This document shows positions 63,477-64,000 of a stretch of 64,000 nucleotides of DNA, in pieces. Each line of letters begins with the position of its first letter. The first letter of the stretch is position 1. Below the pieces are notes generated by a model. That model saw only the letters and a program-made list of their open reading frames with translations, made no database searches and had not been told where the DNA came from. Source of the DNA: Laetmonice hystrix (Eukaryota); the NCBI GenBank assembly GCA_965235115.1, contig OZ249453.1:7192001-7256000 (forward strand), given 5' to 3'. Position numbers and translations under genes: made by a program.

Positions 63477-63907
63477 CTATAATAAAATGAAAAATTAAAA
63501 AGTACAAGATTTACATTTTTATATTGGGTCTTGGCTTGGGCGATAAACCAGAAATATTCCTTAAATTTTAATAATTAATTCTTCTTTTGAATCTCATAAA
63601 TGTTATTTTAAATTGGCTTACCGACAAAAGATTATCCAGTAAAAATTAGTATTTACATTCAAACACTGCTACTAACGGGTACCAGGCAATAAAATGAAAC
63701 TTTGCCCTTGAATGTGTTGTAGGCCTACCTACACACACAGTGTAGTGTAGTTTGTTGTCGCCGCCTAACGAGATTTGAGAGCGACCTCTGGCTCTGCACA
63801 TGAGCGACTTCAGCTGAAGCCTACTGCCCACCCTAGGCTTGCTTACGTAAGATTCTCATAACTCAGGGTTACACTTTATTATGATATCGTGATTGTGAAA
63901 CCCTTAC

Positions 63908-63986
63908 CGAACTTAATGCCCGTGTCGGACAAGCAACGGTCCCATTTTCTCCCCAACTCGTCCTCTGATCGTGCCTTCTCCGCCAT
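63908..63986 (-). CDS. MICOS10: MICOS10 exon 1: MAEKARSEDELGRKWDRCLSDTGIKF
   Basis: ATG in a good context (AACATGG), the ELGRKWDRCL.D signature of MIC10, and donor TTCG|GTAAGG. The gene totals 261 nt, giving 86 aa. Confidence 0.95.
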
Positions 63987-64000
63987 GTTGTTGGCCGTCC

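Overview
Eukaryotic (marine-invertebrate-like, bilaterian) genomic scaffold with five N-gaps. It is repeat-rich and gene-poor over about the first 58 kb. Two intact four-exon genes could be built by hand, both on the minus strand at the right end. One is a core-1 beta-1,3-galactosyltransferase (C1GALT1/T-synthase-like, GT31; 385 aa; 58464-60733). The other is MICOS10/MIC10 (86 aa; 62890-63986), which the ORF track misses because its exons are small. The most striking structure is a 6.27-kb element at 16875-23140 with split direct repeats. On the minus strand it reads A ... B-A - spacer - B, with A = 304 bp and B = 276 bp, and each pair looks identical by eye. Its internal B/A junction (GGA-TTT-ATGC) is exactly the sequence obtained by joining its two ends, and both ends sit in T-runs. 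This is the architecture of tyrosine-recombinase (PAT/Ngaro/TOC1-type) retrotransposons. The element has no long ORF and carries internal tandem arrays, so it looks like a young non-autonomous TOC1-like element in an animal genome. The rest of the window holds many minisatellites and several MITE types: TTAA-flanked Kolobok-like, CWG-flanked Harbinger-like, TA-flanked mariner-like, and a hAT-like element with a 6-bp TSD. It also holds a duplicated tRNA-derived SINE, a foldback array of TCAAGGTCA sites and a cluster of CTCF-like motifs between the two genes. All family assignments come from manual reading and recall; no database search was run.
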